Position numbers and translations under genes: made by a program
Notes under the pieces: model-generated
The model's input: only the letters and a program-made list of their open reading frames with translations
What the model was told of the DNA's origin: nothing
Databases searched by the model: none
Shown here: piece by piece, positions 26,853 to 40,380 of the stretch
Layout: each line of letters starts with the position of its first letter
Numbering within the stretch: the first letter of the stretch is position 1
DNA from: Octopus sinensis
Lineage: Eukaryota
DNA: 64,000 nt
Assembly (NCBI RefSeq): GCF_006345805.1
Contig: NC_043000.1
Location: 154,752,001-154,816,000 of the forward strand
Direction of reading: 5' to 3'

Positions 26853-26911
26853 GAATAATAATAATAATAATAATTAATAATAATAATAATAATAATGATG
26901 ATGATGATAAA

Positions 26912-26946
<35 letters not shown>

Positions 26947-26948
<2 letters not shown>

Positions 26949-27503
26949 GCCCTGATGCAGTGCCAGACAGTGGCTCTCATGGCTTCTGATCTTAACTGAT
27001 TGGAGGTGTTATCATGTACATTGTTTTGTCTTGGTATAAAAGATGGGCTACAGCAAATATTCTGCTCAATACCACAGATTTGCTTGTCAGTTGTTTGACG
27101 TTAACCAGTTGAGCATGTCCCTTAGTGGCTGACGATGTGTGCATCTCTGATCATGAGCAGAAGTAGTGGGGGAGCATCATAGCCATGTGTTGAGAGGGAT
27201 TCTTTTGGGGTTTGAATAATTCACCTCTGGAAACATGGGCGGTTCTTTCAACATCCTTAAACAACCCTTATTCAGGGACCTTTTGAGCGGGATGGGCTAC
27301 TCAACCTGAAGAAAATTCTAACTGGGCCCCACCTGCAAGGTCATGTGCTGTTTATCTTGATATGAGATCACCATGTCACACACATATGGTTGTGATGCAT
27401 GCGCATGGTGTACCCTTATCAGACGGGTAGTCATGATGGGTATATTGGGCTTCGTATATTTTACCCCAGTGTCACTTTGATGGCATGAACTGCTCTCTTA
27501 CTC
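26947..27503 (+). mobile_element. Non-coding element X, longer copy, flanked by (AAT)n
   Basis: Second copy at 20749-21191; no ORF and no tRNA head seen. Confidence 0.85.
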
Positions 27504-27811
27504 AATAATAATAATAATAATAAAAGATCAGTACAATAACAAATTTATAAAAAGTAAAATTTAATCTGTAATTCAGTATCCTCATGCTGAAAAATTTATG
27601 CTTGGTAAATTTATGATTTGCTGAGGTATCAAGGAATCGATCCCCTGCTTGTGAAGTTCTTTTTAAGTCAATCTCCTTACTGTCTATCACTGTGTCTCTT
27701 CTATTATTCATCTCTACCACCTTTTTACTTCCTTTACTCTTTTTTCCCTTATCACACTCATACTCTTGCTTCTTTCATCCTCATAGTTATCAATTCTCTA
27801 TTCACACCCTT

Positions 27812-28107
27812 GTGGAGGCACAATGGCCCAGTGGTTAGGGCAGTGGACTTGCAGTCGGAGGACCATGGCTTCGATTGTGTGTGTTTATTGACTAAAAACA
27901 CCTAAAAGCTCCAAGAGGTTCTGGCAGGGGGTGGTGGCGACCCCTGTTGTACTCTTTCGCCACAACTTTCTCTCACTCTTTCTTCCTGTTTCTTGAGTAA
28001 TGCTGTGATGGACTGGCATCCTGTTCAATTAGGGGAAACATATATGCCACAGAAACCGGGAAACCGGACCCATGATCCTGGTTAGGCTTGAAAAGGGCAA
28101 CATTTAT
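27812..28107 (+). mobile_element. SINE family C, tail type AAAAGGGC..AT
   Basis: 12-bp TSD TATTCACACCCT at 27799-27810 and 28108-28119. Confidence 0.9.
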
Positions 28108-28369
28108 TATTCACACCCTCACTCAAATTTGCCTTGAATGCATAGAAATAATGTAGAGTAGAGAGGAAAAGATAAGCTCTGTGGTGCTAGTGCAATAATA
28201 AAATGCTCCCTTTTAATTTCATAACTGGTCCCAGATAAGATGCACCTAACCTCTGCAGGATTTAAAATCAAGAAACAGGAAAGTAAAACTAAGAAATTTA
28301 AACCAGTGTTCTAGACATTTTCCCACCCCATGATAGCATCATCCCCTTCATAATTTAACTATGGTTTTC

Positions 28370-28653
28370 CAAATCAATCAATGGAAATTGCAGCTGAGTT
28401 ACCAGTGCCAGTGGCACATAAAAAGCACCATCCGTTCATGGCCATTGCCAGCACCGCCCCGACTGGCCTCGTGCCAGGGGCACGTAAAAAGCACCATCTG
28501 TTTGGAGTGGTTGGCATTAGGAAGGGCATCCAGCCGTAGAAATATTGCCAGATCAAACTGGGCCTGGTGCAGCCTTCTGGCTTCCCAGACCCCAGTTGAA
28601 CCATCCAACCCATGCTAGCATGGAAAGCGGACGTTAAACGATGATGATGATGA
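28370..28653 (+). mobile_element. SINE family D
   Basis: Core plus (GAT)n tail. Confidence 0.88.
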
Positions 28654-28924
28654 TTGGGTTGGACAGTTTGTAGTTCAAAGGTACAGTCTCATCACACACT
28701 CTATCATACTGATTCTGCCCGAGAATTAAGGGTAAAAGTGTGTGCGCAATGCTCGACTAATTACGCTTTAATTGAAGGAATACTAATTCAGATGATTGAA
28801 TAACTGAATCCTCATCATTGAAACCAAAAGAAATTCCATCCAATCACACACATATATATACATACAAACATACATACAGTGTGTATATATATATATTTAA
28901 ACTTACTTACATATATACAGTATA

Positions 28925-29334
28925 GGCGCAGGAGTGGCTGTGTGGTAAGTAGCTTGTTTACCAACCACATGGTTCCAGGTCCAGTCCCACTGCGTGGCAC
29001 CTTGGGCAAGTGTCTTCTACTATAGCCTTGGGCTGACCAAAGCCTTGTGAATGGATTAGGTAGAAGGAAACTGAAAGAAGCCCGTCGTATATATGTATAT
29101 ATATATATATGCGTGTGTGTGTTTGTGTGTCTGTGTTTGTCCTCCTAGCATTGCTTGACAACCGATGCTGGTGTGTTTATGTCCCCGTTACTTAGCGGTT
29201 CGGCAAAAGAGACCGATAGAATAAGTACTGGGCTTACAAAAGAATAAGTCCCAGGGTCAAGTTGCTCGATTAAAGGCGGTGCTCCAGCATGGCCGCAGTC
29301 AAATGACTGAAACAAGTAAAAGAGTAAAAGAGTA
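28925..29334 (+). mobile_element. SINE family A, full length
   Basis: Family consensus match. Confidence 0.92.
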
Positions 29335-30911
29335 TATGTATATACTTATACAAATCCTCCATATATATATGTGTGTGTGTATGTATGTATGGAGAGAGAG
29401 GTGGGGGGGGAGAAATGTAAATGCTTATTAGACGTACTTATTGAATTATAAATCCTTATAAGAAAACAAATTGCTGCTCTTTAGGTACAGTAATTTGATA
29501 GAAGAAACATTTACAGTTTGAAAATTAATAAATAGAAAATATAGATTATTTGAAATATCATTTAAAACTTCATTAATTTCTCTTTCATAAGCAACATATT
29601 TTAATAATTAATAATGTTTTGTAAAATTTAAGATTGCTATGTCTATCATTTCGTGTTTTTAGTCTTGAGTAAATCTTTTTTGTGGGGTAGTTAATTAATC
29701 AAAGAAATCAAATAAAATGTCTATAATTATAAAAATAAACAATTTCTTTACTTTTTTTCTTAAATCAATTTTCCAAAATTACACATTAAATTTTCAACAT
29801 GCTCTGATGTAAAATAAAATTTTTTAGATAAATTAGTTTATAATTTCAATGTCTAGATCAAAAAATGCCGTAGGTTTAGTAAATTAAATACTAGAGTAAG
29901 TTTGACAAAATAAATACCAGTTTCCTAAATAGCATTTATAATCATAATGCAATTAAAAACATCACAAAGCTATTACCATAACCCCAAGAAAATTGTAAAG
30001 TAATGACATGCATCATGAAAATAATGTCCCCTTGTTTACAAAAGAATCAGGAAAAAATATGAAAAATATTTTTAAATTCCTCTAAAAAACTGTTGTATTC
30101 GGGAAGTAAATTGCATGAAATCATACACGAAATTATAATATTTGTTCATGTTTTGGACCAGAAATCATTTTGAAATAAAATATAGAGAATATATGAAGAC
30201 TAAAAGATGTCCAAGGACATTTCCATGATTCCATTTGTTAAGTAATATCAGTCTTTACAGTGTTCATTTATTGTTTTTTGCCTTTTTTTTTACTATTTTC
30301 TGTTTTCTGTACTAAAATGTATGGAGGATCTTTATCGTATTCTTGGAAATCTGAATTTTGAAAATTGTTGTATCAATACATTTCTCCACTCAGATACCCC
30401 CTTTCTTACTAATAACCACTGAACTGTGGGTCATTGAGAGATGAAAGGGCCTTCACAGTGTATGCATGTGTGTGGAGGGATCTGAACTTGTTTGTTCACA
30501 ACAATATTTTAACTCTGTGTGTGTGTGTGCGTGTGTGTGTGTTCTAAACTGAAAACTAGAATCCTTGCATTGGTTGAGTGTTGACTGAAAGGAAGACAAA
30601 TAATCAAAGGAAATCTTTTTTTCTTTTTTGCAGTCTGAGAAGAATCGGGTTTTTATTATTTTTGACCACTGGGAATGGGGCCAAAGGGAGAAAATAATTG
30701 ACATTTGCATTCATTTTATCACATCCCTAATTTTAAATGTTTACTTTGTCTATACTATCATTTGTTTGATTTTCTAGCGATTCAATCATTGTGAACAAAT
30801 TCACACAGTACTGAAGGAACAAATGCATGCCTTTCAAGCATAATACTATATTTGCTCCACGTCCTCGCGTTGTTGTGTTTTTTTGTGTTTTCTTGTTTGG
30901 ATTAACTTTAT

Positions 30912-30985
<74 letters not shown>

Positions 30986-32230
30986 GTATATATGTATGTA
31001 TACATACACACACATATCATCATTTAAAGGCCGTTTTCAGTGCTGGATAGGTCAGATGGTAAGGCCAGGAGCTGCGCCAGGCTCCTTTGCTTTGGTATGG
31101 TTTCTACAGCTGGATACTCTTCAAGTGGCCAACTACTTTACAAAATGTACTAGGTGCTTTTTACCAGTGCTTTTATGTGGCACCAGCACAGGCTCTTTTT
31201 ATATGACACCAGCAGTGGTGCAATGTATGTGGCACCAGCACCAATAGGTAACTTTCAAGACAGAGACCCTTTCAACTATGTAAATGTATGCTTGTATATA
31301 TTCATAAATGTGTATGTATGTATTGAAAGAATAATTATAACCTGCACACCCAATGTAACTGTTCAGTTCCCTCAAAGCCAGTTATATAAGTGTGTGTGTG
31401 TGTGTGTGTATGCATGTGTGTGCAAGTGTGTGTGCATGTGTGTGTGCATGTATGTATACATGTGTATGTTTGTGTGTGTACAAATATAGTACATAACTAT
31501 CATAAAACATTGACATATGTGTTAATATATAACGTATATAATTGATTATACATTTATGTATATCAAAAACACACACACATAAATATATGTGTAGTGAAAT
31601 GAAGATGGCAACTAAATCTCATTGATTTATTTTGAAGAAAATAATATAATGAAGAAAAATAAAAAAATTCAGTGACATCCCAACAAACCAAGCAACACCT
31701 GTTGGTTATTTTTGAACACTTCAAGTAATTAAGTGTAAACATCTAGAAAGATCCAAGAACACCAAGTAAAAATGTATATAGAAAGTTCATGCAATAACCA
31801 GAATAAAAGAAGCCAGTAAACCAGTACATATTCAGTGAAGCAGTTTTAAAAGTGTAGAAACAGCAGGGAAAAACTATGTCAGGCTAATAATGCTGAATAC
31901 ACAGAGAGATGGTTGTGTTAGTAGCAATAACGTTAGATGTAGTTGAAATTGTTGAAGTGGGTTGAGAGCTGAGAGCTGTGTAGAGTTGAGTTACAGAGAT
32001 TGATAAAGATTAATAGTTTTTGAAAAATAAAAGAAATTAGTTGTACTATTTGAGGGTGAGAAAACTCTTTGTGCAATCCTTTTGTTTAAAATCTGTTAAT
32101 AATAACTGCCTAATAAGTAATCATTAAAGACAAATTAATTAATTGGTTGAATTGATTCAGGTGTAGTGCTAATACTTATGATTGAAAAGCAAAGCTAATC
32201 TAGTTGAATTTGAACTTGAAACTTAAATAG

Positions 32231-32264
<34 letters not shown>

Positions 32265-33142
32265 TATTTAGTATTAACTTCACCATCCAATGGCATCTGT
32301 TGATAATGAGTGAATATAAATTTAATGCTTACTTTGATACAATGATGTTAATTATCTCATATTTCTAAGTGTATGCAGAAATAGATAAAAATCTTAATGG
32401 GTTTCAACAGAATGTGATATTGATCCCCAAAACCAAAGATCTATCAGTTAATCTTGTGTCACAATAAATATCTTAGATATCCCTATGTAGAAAAGAGTAA
32501 CACGTCTATTGTGTGTTTTGTTTTGGGATGGTTTGCCCCTACACAGTGTTTTAGAAAAAATACCGTATACCTGTCCTATGGATATTTGACCTAGTTTTCT
32601 GAATAGAATTCATCAGCAGTGTCATCATCGTCATCATCATCATTTTACATCTGCTTTCTCACTAGTGTGGGTTGGATGAGCCATCACAGTTCCCACTTGA
32701 AGTTACTGTCCTCCATATCAAGTCTGAAGGCCACATCTCTCTTATACTTGTTATTTTAGACATGTTCCTACAGCTGGATGCTTATCCTATGGCCAACCAC
32801 ATAACAAAATGCATTGAGTAAATTTTACCATGGTAACAGCACAAGATAGATTACCATCTCCTTGACAAAACAAGACAAAGAGATCCTCTTAACACTATGT
32901 TGTCTCTGTTAATATATCTGCCCGCTACACTACAGAGTGTATCTGGTGCATGTTAAAGTATTTGCATTTAGTGAGGTTGCTTTTACTCTACAAGACAAAA
33001 ACATCATCTCCAACAACTTCACTACTACACATCAATAATTTAAAGCTGCAGAATAATTCCTTTCCATAAGATACTTGTTTGAGGGTTGTTTCATATTTTA
33101 AATTATCTCTATTTGTTATGTTGTTGTTATTGTTATGCCAAA

Positions 33143-33600
33143 GACATGTGGTTTAGTGGTTCAGAGTTCTGGGCTCATGATTGTAAGGTCATGAGTTTGA
33201 TGCCCTGTTGCCCAGTGTGTCCTTGAGCATGATACTTTATTTCACATCGCTCCAATCCAGTCAGCTGGTAAAAATGAGTAGCACTTGTATTTCAAAGGGC
33301 CAGCAATGTCATATTCTATGTAACATGTCTATTGTGTGTTTGTGTGTTTTGTTTTGGGATGGTTTTCCCCTACATAGTGTTTTAGAAAAAATACCATATA
33401 CATGTACTATGGATATTTGACCTAGTTTTCTGAATAGAATTCATCATCATCGTCATATTCTGTCATGCTGAATCTCCTTGATAACTATGTTAAGGGTATG
33501 CATGTTTGTGGAGTGCTCAGCCACTTGCATGTTAATTTCATGAGCAGGCTGTTCTGTTGATCGGATCAACTGGATACTTGTCATTACTGACAGAATACTA
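33143..33600 (+). mobile_element. Old family-C-related SINE carrying a templated insertion at 33318-33451
   Basis: 3' half matches 41830-42010; insert flanked by GTCATATTCT direct repeats. Confidence 0.8.
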
Positions 33601-36407
33601 GTTATTGCTATTTAGTTCTAGGTCAGCCCTGTGTAAGTAGATGATGATCAAAGTCATTCTCATCAAACCTACCATGTCATATATTCAAACATGTTATATC
33701 TATTCAAAATGCCTGTTTGTTTTCATTTTTTTTTTAAGATAGCATGCTGTGCTTTCTGAAAACTTGAGTGAACATGAACAGGCTTCCTTATTAATTTGTG
33801 CTTAATTAAAGCATACAAGACTAAAAATTAGATGAAAACTTCTGGTTGCACAACAGCTCACATTCTTCCTATTTTTTCTGTATAGCACAGTTTCACACAG
33901 CACTACTTTGGTGCAGAATTGCAGGACTGCCAGTCCTGGAATCTTGCAAGATTACAACATTACAAGTATCACACTAACTTTATTTTCATTCAGTTTGAAG
34001 GATGTAATTCTCTAATATAAAAGAAAAGAAAAAACTTTGGTTCCTTCTTTTATCATTTACTCCTGTTCTATTGTATTTTTTAAAAAATTTAAAGAGATTT
34101 AGACATATTGGGAATACACCTACAAGAGCTGTATCGATTTATGCAATATTTTATTAAGGAATGTTTAAATCATTTCTTCTATTGGCCTCTTGATTCTTTA
34201 GCTTCAAGCAGACATTGATTTAAACCAGAATGACATGGAATGGAAAATAAATGTCGAAGTTGCGAGCCAATAGTTTATTTAGCTAACTTTATCTGGTTGT
34301 TCATAGCTTGAAGGAAATATATTGCTAGGTTTGTCTAACACGGATATTGCAAAGAGAAGTAGAAGATTGTAAATTCACATGAGATATTCACATAAGAAAT
34401 TCACTACAGAAGAAACAGTCAAGATGCTTAGCAGAAACAGCTATTATAGTGTGGGCATAAAAATTTGTACAAAACTGAAGCTGAGAATCTGTCCCATGAC
34501 TCAAGTTTCATGCCACGGCAATCTTCAAGTGGAACTCACACTTACACAGACACAGACACAGACACACACACACACACAGAGGAAGACACACAAGGACATT
34601 TAATATGAGAGTATGTGGTGGTGTTAAATACGTTAATTAGTGTGTATAGAAGAGCAGCAACAGAGACATGAAAATGGGTGCGAATGGATATCTCCACGTA
34701 GGTGAAATAGTTTTGTTTGCTAATAGCAGAAATTTTTTATGGCAGAAGAAGATCCGAAGCTACCGAGCCATACAGGTGAGATGAAATGAGATTATGAAGA
34801 ATGGTAATCTACTATACTGCAAACCTAAGCAAATCATGCTGGTATAAAAAAATAATAGCGAGGAGGAGGCGTGGTGGTCATATTGATGATCATGGAGGTC
34901 AATAGTTATCTATAAGATGACCTAATAAAAAAAAATGTTAAAATACATCTTGTCTTCAAGAGCTTGCTATAAATAAAATTGCATTATTATAACAATAAGT
35001 GCAGGCAGGTGTTCACTGCACATGCAATCTGTGGGATTTACATTTACTGACAATGTTTGATATACCATACTCTGTTTTTTCTGCTGTCTGCCTCTCTCTC
35101 AACCATGTGGTTTGGGCTTAGTTCCACTGTGTAGTATCTTGGGCAAGTGTCCTTTACTATAGCCCTGGGCCAATCAAATTCTCGCAAGTGGATTTGTTAG
35201 AGAGATATTGAAAGAAGCCTGTCTCTCTCTCTCTCACACACATACATCTACGTGCATATACACATGTGTATGTACATGTGTGTGTTTCCTGGTCTTTGCA
35301 TTGCATGACAGTAATAAATGACCTTCACTACCACAGAAGCAATATCCTTTATTTCCAATCTTCCATGAAAACATGTCATGAGGAAATATTACCTAGCTTG
35401 GAAACAGGTGAAGGTTGACAACAGGATGAGCATCCAGCCAAAGAGAAATCTGTCTCAACAAATTCTGTTTGAATCCATGCGAGAATGGAAAAAAATATGT
35501 TAAGATGATGATGAAGTTCTTCCCATGATGCTATGAGTAAGAGAGATGTAACAAATTTGAGCATTTTTATATTGCTGAATCAATTAATTTTGCAAGACTA
35601 CTTCCTTTTCTGCCAGCCCATTAATCGTGAAGGAGATGCTGTGCTTATAGTCAGCCATACAGTATGAATCAAGCACAGTTATCCAGTACTTCACACAACT
35701 AAGTCATCACTGGAATAAATTATGAGCTCAATATTATGTGATCAGGAATCTAGCATAGAAGCTCTCATATTTCTATAGTCAGCAGAGTAAGTTATATATT
35801 ATCACCATTCAATTAAACGATATAATAAAAAATGATATACAAAAATTTAACCACTGCACATTATTTAGAATAGAAGTAATAAGTAAATTTGAAAGTTCCT
35901 CATGGAAGATACCACTACAAACCTAAAATAGAAATTAGTATGAAGTAGAAAAAATGGGAAAGAACATTTTTTTTACTTCTTGAGTTAAGAAATTTTAGTG
36001 AGATAAGAGTGACTCCTAAATCAGTTCATATTCCATAAACCAGAGGTAAAGAAATTAAAAAGAATATGTATATATATATATATATATACATACACATAAT
36101 TATGTGAATACTTAACCTAGTAAATATCCATAGGTATTTAAGCCTGTTGTAATAAAAGAGAAAAAATGTCAACATCATTGGAAGAGCATAAAATAAATTT
36201 CTTTAATAAAATATATTATTTTGTTTTCATTTTCTGGAGGAAGAGGGGGAAAGAGAGAGGTAGAAGAAGAGAAATTATTTTGATAAAGAGAGATGAGAAG
36301 AGAAATAAAGAATATCTGCTGATAAATAAATTTTGACTAAGAATGACATAGACAGATAGATAGGTAGGTAACTAGATACATGGATAGACAGGTAGATAGA
36401 TAGATAA

Positions 36408-36445
<38 letters not shown>

Positions 36446-36924
36446 TGGGGGAAGATGATAGATGGAGAGAGAGATTGGGAGACTGTTGTATATGTATCTA
36501 GGAGTATGTGTGAGGAAACACTATTCATTAAATAAAAGACTGACAAAAGTTGCTGAAAAAAAAGATGTACAAAAATAAAAATTAAGGAAATGACAAAGAA
36601 AAACTTTAAATTGTGAGGGTTTCCAATATTTAATATATTAAGTCTTTCCAGACAATATTTCAGAGATGAAGTTTAATTTGGGCTGTAAATACTAAGTAAC
36701 TATAAACAATTCTTTTTTTATATTTTTTTTTCTAATCTATGTTTCAACTGATATATGTTATGTTCAGGTATTAATTTTTACATGCATATATAAAAAAAAA
36801 AAAATCCCACACAGTTCCTTTGAAGAATCTTTAGCTTCTTTAAAATTCTGTTATTTATGACACAATAAAAGGATATTATAGTTAAATTAATGACTTTTAA
36901 TATATATATATATATATGTATGTA

Positions 36925-37144
36925 TGTAAATGTAATATGTGACAATTATTCAGTAGTCATGATAAAACTCTGCGTTTTGGATGTTGGGGTGGAAATCTAC
37001 GCTGCCCTCTCTTCAGTTATCCAGCCATTGGAAAAATGCTATGGCTGGAGAACTGAAGAGATGGTGGCATGGGTTTCCTCCCCAACATCCGAAACTTGGA
37101 GTTTTATCATGGCTACCGAATAATTGTCACATATTACATTTACA
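36925..37144. repeat. Inverted repeat with 104-nt arms, each holding a hammerhead motif (Penelope pLTR-like), in (TA)n
   Basis: 36925-37028 versus 37041-37144. Confidence 0.9.
37042..37116 (+). ncRNA. Type I hammerhead ribozyme motif
   Basis: GAGAA-CUGAAGA(37053-59)-GAUG..CAUC-C-GAAAC(37091-95)-uugga-GUU/UUAUC; the mirror copy on the - strand (36961-37021) has a perfect GAUAA/UUAUC stem I but G12A. Confidence 0.7.
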
Positions 37145-37205
37145 GATAAATTCCTCTATTTACATAATATCGAGGTTTCTTTCATTCATTTGTTGTCTTA
37201 CCATT

Positions 37206-37248
<43 letters not shown>

Positions 37249-37550
37249 AAAAAAAACCATTTGCACTGAAATATATATAAGAAATGTGGAAAGTATTATT
37301 GGTGTTCTTATGCATAAATATATATGTATTTCAATTCACAGCTGGCTCATTTTCTTAGAAATTTGGCAAAAATACAATATTTTAAATGTTTATGTGTCCT
37401 TATATATATCCATAACCATGTATGTTAAATGTAACTGAAACGATAAACCAGCAGACACCAAAATAAATGTCAACCCAACTAAGAAAAGGATGGAGGAAAG
37501 GATGGTGGCATAAGGTTAAGAGAAAGTAGAATAAAACAAAAATAAAATAA

Positions 37551-37770
37551 GGTGGCGAGCTGGCAGAATCGTTAGCACGCCGGGCGAAATGCTTAATGGC
37601 ATTTCGTCTGCCGTTACGTTCTGAGTTCAAATTCCGCCGAGGTTGAATTTGTCTTTCATCCTTTCGGGGTCGATAAATTAAGTACCAGTTACGCACTGGG
37701 GTCGATGTAATCGATTTAATTCCTTGTTTGTCTCCTCTATGTTTAGCCCCTTGTGGGCAATAAAGAAATA
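37551..37770 (+). mobile_element. SINE family B
   Basis: Consensus match; AGAATAAAACAA direct repeats at 37528-37539 and 37771-37782. Confidence 0.9.
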
Positions 37771-38237
37771 AGAATAAAACAAGCTCTCTCTCTCTCACAC
37801 ACATGTATAAAATACAGTAAAATGATGATATTTAGATTGTAGAAATCTTAAAGTCCGTACAATACTCAATTATCTCAGATGAGGTCAAATAAGCCTGGAG
37901 GATGCATGATTTTCTCCGTGTACCAGCAAAAGAACAGAAGCATTTACCTATCTTTGCTTCCAAACAATTCTTAATTAATTGGAATTTCAGAGTTGTCTCC
38001 TGTATCTTTCATGAGCAGAATTAATCATTAAAATTTATGATTTATTTTTTGCATTGCTATGTAACCTATAAACTATAAAGTTTAAATTAAACATGTCTTG
38101 GCTTACCGCATTATATATGTTATCCACCATCACCACTTAAATATATCCTTATCATACAGCAGGTATTCCTGGGTAATTTCTATTAGTCATTTTTAAACTA
38201 CATATATCCAAATACTACACACACATATATACACATG

Positions 38238-38273
<36 letters not shown>

Positions 38274-38812
38274 CACATTTATATACACATGCACACACAC
38301 ACAAATATATATATATATATATATATATACAAATATTTTCACATACATATTTACACAAGCATATTCACACACACTCATGTGCACTCACATACATACACAT
38401 GCTTGCCACACACACATATATCTGTTGAGTCATGTCCTAACTAACAACACAGCTGGTATTACTTTATAGAGATATGATATGTTACCATGTTTAACAACAA
38501 ATGCTATCTCCATTTCATATCAAATGGGAATTATTTATATCCATTCATATCCACCAACAGGCTCCAACATGAATCCAAGGTATATTTTCTAATATTTTGT
38601 TTACCCAGATAAACATTCTCACATACACACGTGCACACACTTGCATGCTCATGAATGCATGCACACACACACACTCAAATATGTCTGCTTATAGTACAGT
38701 AACAGTATTTTTACAGGAGAACATATGAAAAATAAACTTTTAAAATATATTTTATTTACAAAAAAGTTGGCTTAAAAAGCTAGTCAGAAAATATCTGTAA
38801 GATAGCTATACA

Positions 38813-39080
38813 AAGAAGTAATGCTTATCACCACTTCAATATAGCTGTTTCATAGGATGTTACTACCGTTTTTAACCCCAGGAGGAGCCTTCTCCTGTTG
38901 GTTATTGATGCAATCTGCACCCAATATATATTGCAAGCAGGAGACTGAACCCCTACCATCTTCTAGCAGATGATGGGACAACCAGACCATACAGTTTGGG
39001 TTCACTTTGGGGTTAAAAATGGTAGTAACGTTGGTTCCTATGGGACAACCATATTGAAGTGGTGAGAAACATTACTTCTT
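38813..39080. repeat. Diverged foldback element (~70-nt arms) with flanking direct repeats
   Basis: 38813-38880 versus 39008-39080; TTGGCTTAAAAA..CAGAAAA at 38767-38791 and 39079-39103. Confidence 0.8.
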
Positions 39081-39429
39081 GGCTTAAAAACTTATCCAGA
39101 AAAAAAGGTAGTTCCTTTGGCCATTTTCAGGGCTTTGAAGAAGGGGCAAGAGGAAGGGAAGAAACTTTCTTCAGATAAGAAACCTAGTCTACATGTAAGC
39201 AATGGACTAGACTTCACTGAAGTCACTGAGGGGTCAAGTTATGATAATTAAACTGGACTATGGAGTAAGTCAACCATGTGCTTGAGCAAATTAATATGGT
39301 AAAACTCTGAATGATATGGACAAAATAAGTTGACTAGGGCAAAATTTGTACTAGGGCTGTAACTAAAAACATTCATTTTGCCTGGTACCCAACAAATGCA
39401 GTGATATGTTTTAGACATCTCTTGAGTCA

Positions 39430-39801
39430 AGTACGTCAACACCAACATCAAAATAGAAATCAAATGGAAATTGTAGTTAAGATACCTGTGCCGGTGACAC
39501 GTAAAAGGCACTGTCTGAACGTGGCAGTTGACAGCACCACCTGACTGGCGTCCGTGTCGGTGACACGTAAAAGCACCAACCGATCGTGGCTATTAGCCAG
39601 CCTCCCCTGGCCCCTGTGCCGGTGGCACATAAAAAGCACCCACTACACTCATGGAGTGGTTGGCGTTAGGAAGGGCATCCAGCTGTAGAAACACTACCAG
39701 ATCAGACTGGAGCCTGGTGCAGCCGCCTGACTTCCCAGACCCCAGTCGAACCATACAACCCATGCTAGCATTGAAAGCAGACGTTAAACAATGATGATGA
39801 T
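39430..39801 (+). mobile_element. SINE family D
   Basis: Three subrepeats, core and (GAT)n tail. Confidence 0.88.
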
Positions 39802-40065
39802 CTTCATATGAATGATAATGTTTTTAGTTTTGGTAGAAACACACACACACACAAACACACATTTGGTAAAGGGTATGGTCAACTAAATTTATCTCAGTAG
39901 TTGACTGGTACTTATTTTATCAATCTCTGAAGGAATAATGGTAAATAGTAGAGTAGTCTATTGCAGGTTTTAAATTCCAAACAGAAATAAAAAGGAAGCA
40001 AAACATGCTCTTAGACATTATTTCTGCCACTCATCTTATTCTATCACTCACATTCTTTCTATTAA

Positions 40066-40353
40066 AATTTATTTATGCGCCCTTTTCAAGACTAGCCAGG
40101 CTCATGGGCCCGGTTTCCCAGTTTCTGTGGCATATGTGTTCCCCCCAGCTGGACGGGATGCCAGTCCATCGCAGCGTTACTCAAGAAACAGGAAGAAAGA
40201 GTGAGAGAAAGTTGTGGCGAAAGAGTACAACAGGGGTCGCCACCACCCCCTGCTGGAGCCTCATGGAGCTGTAGGTGTTTTCGCTCAATAAACACACACT
40301 ACGATCCTCCGACCGTGAGTTCGCTTCTCTAACCACCGGGCCATTGTGCCTCC
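40066..40353 (-). mobile_element. SINE family C, tail type AAAAGGGCGCATAAAT
   Basis: Matches the 27812 copy. Confidence 0.88.
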
Positions 40354-40380
40354 TTTATATTAATATAATATGCATAATAA

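Noticed and set aside
39119-39134. GGCCATTTTCAGGGCT, resembling a histone 3' stem-loop
   Set aside because: Mismatched stem, wrong strand and 15 kb from the H3; no histone ORF upstream
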